From the NCBI GenBank assembly GCA_950097015.1, contig CATNEN010000039.1:16368001-16432000 (forward strand): DNA of 64,000 bases. Direction: 5' to 3'. Both the position numbers and the translations under genes were made by a program. Below, piece after piece: positions 58,449-64,000 of the stretch; position 1 is the stretch's first letter; each line of letters begins with the position of its first letter. The DNA is from Macrostomum hystrix (lineage: Eukaryota; Animalia; Platyhelminthes). The notes beneath the pieces are model-generated. The model searched no databases. It worked only from the letters and a program-made list of their open reading frames with translations, and was not told the DNA's origin.

Positions 58449-58656
58449 ATAATCTCACAGAATATTTCTTATTGACAATGTCACCTTGATAATCTCACAG
58501 AATATTTCTTATTGACAATGTCACCTTGATAATCTCACAGAATATTTCTTATTGACAATGTCACCTTGATAATCTCACAGAATATTTCTTATTGACAATG
58601 TCACCTTGATAATCTCACAGAATATTTCTTATTGACAATGTCACCTTGATAATCTC
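58449..58656. repeat. 40-bp minisatellite, 5 copies
   Basis: Same unit as 33741-34108. Confidence 0.97.
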
Positions 58657-59783
58657 TTATTGTTAATACGAGCCTATCATCCAGATAAACTCACTCAGAT
58701 CATGCCGAAAATCTCTACTTGATAATCTCTTCTTGGCAATCTCATTTAGAAAATCTCTCGTTGATAGTCTCAGCCAGATAATCTCTACTTGACAATGACA
58801 CCCAAATAATATCGTTCTGAAAATATAAGCATCTGTTATTCCTCGAGAATACCAAACTAAGGAAATTTACTATTGAAAGCTGCTTACAGCAGATAATATT
58901 TAATTTTTTTATGCGAGATAATATTATCCTCTAAAAAATCCACTATTCATATTTTTACACCTCGAGACTCGAACGTTTAAAGTAGAGCTTTGGATGCAAC
59001 CTTACAAAAATGAATTAAAAAACACTTTTGTTTTTCGAAAGCGAACTTTCAAGTGTGCAAGGCGCTTTTCCGCTGCACACATGTGCACGCTTGTACTTGC
59101 ACACATGCTAGCAGAAGTGAGTGCTATAGACTTTAAAAATAGAAAACTTCAAAGCCGGGGATTTACCGCGGTTCAACCCAGGTTTGGCCTTGGAAACGCC
59201 GCTCTGGTTTAAATATGAAACTTTTTTAAACCTGTTTATTAGTGCTGAAATTTTGAAATTTGAAATTATACTTGAAGAATTCGCGTGGCGTCGTGAAGTA
59301 ATCCTTGGCTTGGTCGTCGTCGAAAGAAAGTTTCGAGTAAGAATCAAAATCAGCTTGTCAAACGAGCTTTAGACTAGGGCAAATATATTTTCAGGGAAAC
59401 AGCTTTTTGTTGTTGAAGTAAGATCCAATTTAAATAGGATAGACAATGAACTACAATATTTTACTTAGGCCAAAAAGAAGTAAAAATCATTACTTGTTTA
59501 CATTTTCAATGCATAAGCAGACTAAGCATATACGCGAGTCCATAATAGTCATAAAAATTAATAATTAAGAATTTAACTGAAGTAATGCATTGTGTCTTGC
59601 TCCCCGAATCCCCGACCTTCAACCACAAAGCTACCCTTCCTGCTACTCTAAGTGCACCCAATCAGCGCCGTACATTAGAAAGCTCAGCGTGTCAAATAGA
59701 TGTTTCTAAAATTAGCCACTTGACAGACTACAAAAGCGTGAAGGGGGGCCTGCACCCGTTTATTTCCAGGACGCACAAGCCTG

Positions 59784-60838
59784 ATGATGGCCCACGCCAA
59801 CGACGAAAGCCTTGCAAATGGGCAGCCTCACGACTCCATGCATCATTCTCTGGAGCTTACCAGTGACAGACACGAAGAAAACTGGCAGCAATGGGCTGCT
59901 GAACCTGTCAGGCAGTACAGGCCAGCTCAAACAAGCTCATCTAGTGCCGAAGCAACCCTGACAGTGCGGCCAGACCAGCTAGGTCTCCTGACAGATAAGC
60001 AAGCCTGCATGTTGGATAAATTAATGCACAACTGCAGTGATATTGAGCGCTGCATTCTGCTTGGCTGCTTGTTGCACATCTACACACGGACCAGGAACGT
60101 TTTCTTGGCTATGAGAGTCGTCTCCGATCGTTTGGAGACTCGCCTGACGAAGCGTACGCTCTTCGATGGGCGCAGAGCGGATTCTACAGCGAGGGCTTTC
60201 GCCGAGTCGTCTGCTGCCACTGCGGTATGCAGTACGTCCATCCGAGGTCCGAAAATGAAGTTGATCGCAAGAAGTGTCCCAGCCAGAGTGATGAATCGCA
60301 TAGTTGCGCGCTCTCTTGGCTTCTGAACTTTATCGACAATGACGGAGATGTGAAAGGGGCGTCAAAAGCTGAGCTTTTGAAAAGCTGAGTAGGACGAGTT
60401 GAGGCAGCACTGGGAAGCCAGGCTGTGCAACTCGCCGATTCGTTCAGATACTCGAGAGGATTGGATCTGGCAGTGCTCATCGCAGCGTGTGACCAAGCTC
60501 CTACTCACCCGAGGGCTGGCGAGCTCATTCAGTTGAGGACAAACGCTCCTGAGAACAGTTCAACGGAATTTCTTTGGCTGGAAGCCAAGCCGGCAGGACT
60601 GATGGACAAGAACGAGCAAGCCTCAGCAAGCTCAGTTGATGGAGGACAACTACAGCGGGCTTCGGCAAGCAGTAATGAAAGCGACCTGTGTCAAATGTGC
60701 TCCTGCAGGCGAAGGGATCGAATAACTCTACCCTGCGCACACCTGAATTAGTTCTGTCATGTCTGCTTGAGTAAAGCTTGCGAGTGCCCCGCTTGCCACT
60801 CCGTAATTTTAGGCATGCTCGTTGCAAATATAAGCTAG
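59784..60838 (+). pseudogene. Duplicate of the intronless IAP-like pseudogene
   Basis: Same frameshift and same two stops as 35236-36290. Confidence 0.8.
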
Positions 60839-61327
60839 TTGATCCCCAAAGATGCAACATTTACTGGTCATCAAAATAAATTGACACAAAAGCGAGTTAT
60901 TTGCTTTCTCGTTTCATCGTATCTATCCATTCATTTACTCAAATGACTCTTTTTGGTGCACATTTTAGTGCAGTGCTCAAATAAATGTTAATATAAAATA
61001 ATGTACAATCACGTCAACTGGCCTCTACAGATGGCTGTTTAAATGAGCCTTTAGACTCGACAAGACTGGGTAGAATAGTACAGCACTAGCGAGGAGAATA
61101 CGAGAATTAAACATTTTTTGCTTTCCTGTAAGCTAAGAAGGACCTTAAAATGTTGTCAGTGTGTTAAAAATGTACTTGTACGGTATAGGCTAATGTACAT
61201 TCATACCATTGCTCATGCCACTCCAGTGTTCATGAGCATTCGTTGAAAAATAAATTGTAATAAAACTTGTTCAAATTCTTATACTCGTAGCTTTATGATT
61301 TCGAATTGATATGCTGATTAAATTAGC

Positions 61328-61549
61328 TTAATTCATTCGGTCGCTCTCCACTTCGCCTTCAGTTGGATGATATTCCACTTTACACTTGGTGACGCTGGCA
61401 GGAGTACAATATATAGCAGTATGGTCATTCTTATATTTAGAAAATGATACTCTTGTATTTCTCGACCAGATACATTTAATACAATCAGCCAGCTGGATGC
61501 CTCCAAGTGCAAGAAACACGCCAACAATAACCAGCTTGATAGCCGTCAT
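61328..61549 (-). pseudogene. Inverted LU-like exon 1 (duplicate)
   Basis: As 36780-37001; PARV vs PASV difference. Confidence 0.75.
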
Positions 61550-61793
61550 GATTTCCAGCTTCGATTCCGAATAGCCCAGTTAGATTTGGTCGATTAGCTG
61601 GCAGGTGGCAGTTGAACTGCAGTCAATTCTTGATCCGATTTGCAACGGCTGAGTAGAATCGGCCAGAATGCTTAGTCGAGTGTTGTCAGTTGTTGGATTT
61701 GATTCTTCGTTTCGGGCCGCTGCCCCTTCAAAATGCTGCAGATAATGCAGGTGCGAGCCGGCTCGGTCTATGGCAGCGCTGGCTCACACAGGG

Positions 61794-63008
61794 GCCTCTC
61801 GTGCAGACTGTGAGGTCGTCAGCGTATTGAGTCAGCTGGATCTGGGCAGGAGGAGCCGGGATGTCGCTCATGTAGTAGGCAAAGAGGAGCGCGGACAGAA
61901 CCCCTCCCTGAGGCACGCCCGCTCTGAGACGCCTGGCCGAGGAGAGCGAGCCGCGGAAGAGGACTCTCGTGCTCCGACCGCACAGGTACGCACTGAGCCA
62001 CCTGGTGAGGCATTTCGGCAGGCTGGAGTTGAAGAGCATCCGGAGGAGCTTGGCGTGATTGACTTTGTCGAACGCTTTTTGCATATCGAGTGCGATGAGC
62101 AGAGTCCTCTCAGCAGATTTAGGTTGGTTAAGGCCATTGCTGATGGAGCTGGTGAGGCTGGTGAGGGCGGTGGCGGTGGAGTGCCCCGCGCGGAAGCCAT
62201 GCTGCCAGGTGGGGAGCGGGAGTGCGCTCTGAAAGGTGGACAGCAGGCACTTTTCCAGCAATTTGGCGGCTGGAGAAAGGATCGAGATTGGCCTGTAGGA
62301 GGAGCTGCAGGTAGCATCTTTGTTCCTTTGAGAAGAGGCACTACCTTCGCAGATGTCCAGGTGCTAGGAACGATATACTGGTGGTAGGGCTCAGATTGAA
62401 TAGGCAGCAGAGGAAGGCAATTCCCCTTGGTCCAAGATGCTTCAGGACGATTGGGGAAAGGCCATCCGGTCCGGTGGCTTTGGACGGCGAAGAGCTTTTG
62501 ATGGCCGACGTGACGTCACTTGGACGTGAGCAGGAAGCCATTGGTGGGGGAAAGCATGTCCCTTTTGAGGCGTCTGTCTTCCGGGGTGGCCGGATGAATT
62601 TGATCAAAGAACTGCCTGTTGGAGGCCTTGGCAATGCGTTTGGGATCAGTTAAGGGAAGCTCGTCAAAAAGGATGCCAGCGGAGTTTTCTTTGTGGCCTT
62701 TACCGCTGAGGTTCTTGATGGTTCGCCACAGTTCAGAGACCTGGTGCTTGATGCTGAACTGCTCAAGCTTTTCCCTCCAGTTCGCCCGGCGAAAGTTGGA
62801 GCAGATCTGGTTGATTTCGTCTTGAATGATGGTGATAGCTTCCGTGCGGGTTATCCGTGCGAATGAGGTCTCTTTGCTTGCAGAGGGTGTCGGCTTCCGG
62901 CGGGAAGTGGGGACGAAAATTTCCCAGCTAGGATGTGGTGCTTAGCTGCTTGAAGGACAGCTTGCCTGAAGGCTTTCTCTCCAGGATGAGGATGCGATTT
63001 GGGATCTA
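61794..63008 (-). mobile_element. LINE RT fragment (duplicate)
   Basis: As 37246-38460. Confidence 0.92.
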
Positions 63009-63619
63009 AGGTCTGTCGAATGAGATATAGGATCTCGGATGTAGGATCAGCGGCATCCCATATTGGATGTATTTTCTGGGATATGGGATCTGTGGCATAG
63101 GATGCGGGATCTGAGGTGCGGAGGAATCTGAGAAAGAACGATTTGATGTGACTGAAGAAAAGTCACTAGCTTTCGTTAACCTGGCTCTGTCTAAAAGTCT
63201 GTCAAATATGGGCCCATGGGAAGCATACATTCGATGCTTGTAAAGTGCAATAATTCTTTGTTAGAGAGAAACTCCAGTAAGCTAGAAAGATTTCTAATAG
63301 TACAACACAAAAGTTCATCTCAGAAAAGTAATGCATAAAAAACGCAAAGTAGAGCTGAAATTTGCCATAGACAAAAGGCGGGCACCCCTGTGTCAGCCAG
63401 CACTGCCATAGACCGAGCCGGCTCGGACCTGTACTTTCTGCAGCATATTGAAGGGGCAGCGGCCCGAAACGAAGAATCAAATCCAACAACTGACAACACT
63501 CGACTAAGCATTCTGGCCGATTCTACTCAGCCGTTGCAAACCTGATCAGCAATTCAACTGCCACCTGCCAGCTAATCGACCAAATCTAACTGGGCTATTC
63601 GGAATCGAAGCTGGCAATC

Positions 63620-64000
63620 ATGACGACTGTGAAGCTGGTTATTGTTGGCGTGTTTCTTGCACTTGGAGGCATCCAGCTGGCTGATTGTATTAAATGTATC
63701 TGGTCGAGAAATAGAGGAGTAACATTTTACGAATATAAGAATGACGATACTGATATATATTGTACTCCTGCCAGCGTCACCAAGTGTTACGTGGAATATC
63801 AACCTAAAGGTCCAACTCATTTATTTTTTCATCCCGAAGTGGTGAGCAACCGAATGAATTAAACTAATTTAATTTGCATATCAATTCGAAATCATAAAGC
63901 AACAGTTCGCCCTATAAATTTTACCCTATGCGGAAACTTTTTAGGAACTGAAATATGGTTGCGGCGCCTGTCCTGCTGCAAACTATTGCAAAGACTGCAC
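63620..64000 (+). CDS. Ly6/uPAR-like protein, copy D (exon 1 63620-63841; exon 2 from 63945, truncated by the window)
   Basis: Exon-1 protein identical to copy B. Confidence 0.75.

Larger units (their letters stand above)
57092..64000 (+). repeat. Segmental duplication, copy 2 (runs off the window)
   Basis: Matches 32385-39452. Confidence 0.95.

Overview
Repeat-rich eukaryotic (metazoan invertebrate) genomic DNA with GT-AG introns. The high load of mini/microsatellites would fit a flatworm such as Macrostomum, but the organism is only a guess. The window opens with the last exon of mitochondrial ribosomal protein S9 and contains a decayed ACSF3-like acyl-CoA synthetase. It is dominated by two interleaved expanded gene families. 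(1) Six IAP-like loci plus a 5' stub, built from a shared N-terminal helix, one BIR, a UBA-like domain and an optional RING; their states range from canonical to RING-less to pseudogenised. (2) Four forward copies and three inverted fragments of a two-exon, signal-peptide-bearing, two-domain Ly6/uPAR (three-finger)-like gene. These have hypervariable inter-cysteine loops but near-identical non-coding flanks, and occur in membrane-anchored and secreted versions. The families recur as a module: IAP(+), LU fragment(-), LU gene(+), 18-bp array, 22-bp array. One about 7 kb block is near-identically duplicated (about 32.4-39.5 kb and 57.1-64 kb). Other content: a 17.2 kb two-octamer satellite with higher-order structure, about 15 minisatellite arrays, tRNA-derived SINEs, MITEs, and LINE, Gypsy, DIRS/Ngaro and EnSpm/CACTA fragments. 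All gene models were read by eye from splice motifs and reading phase; no database searches were run.
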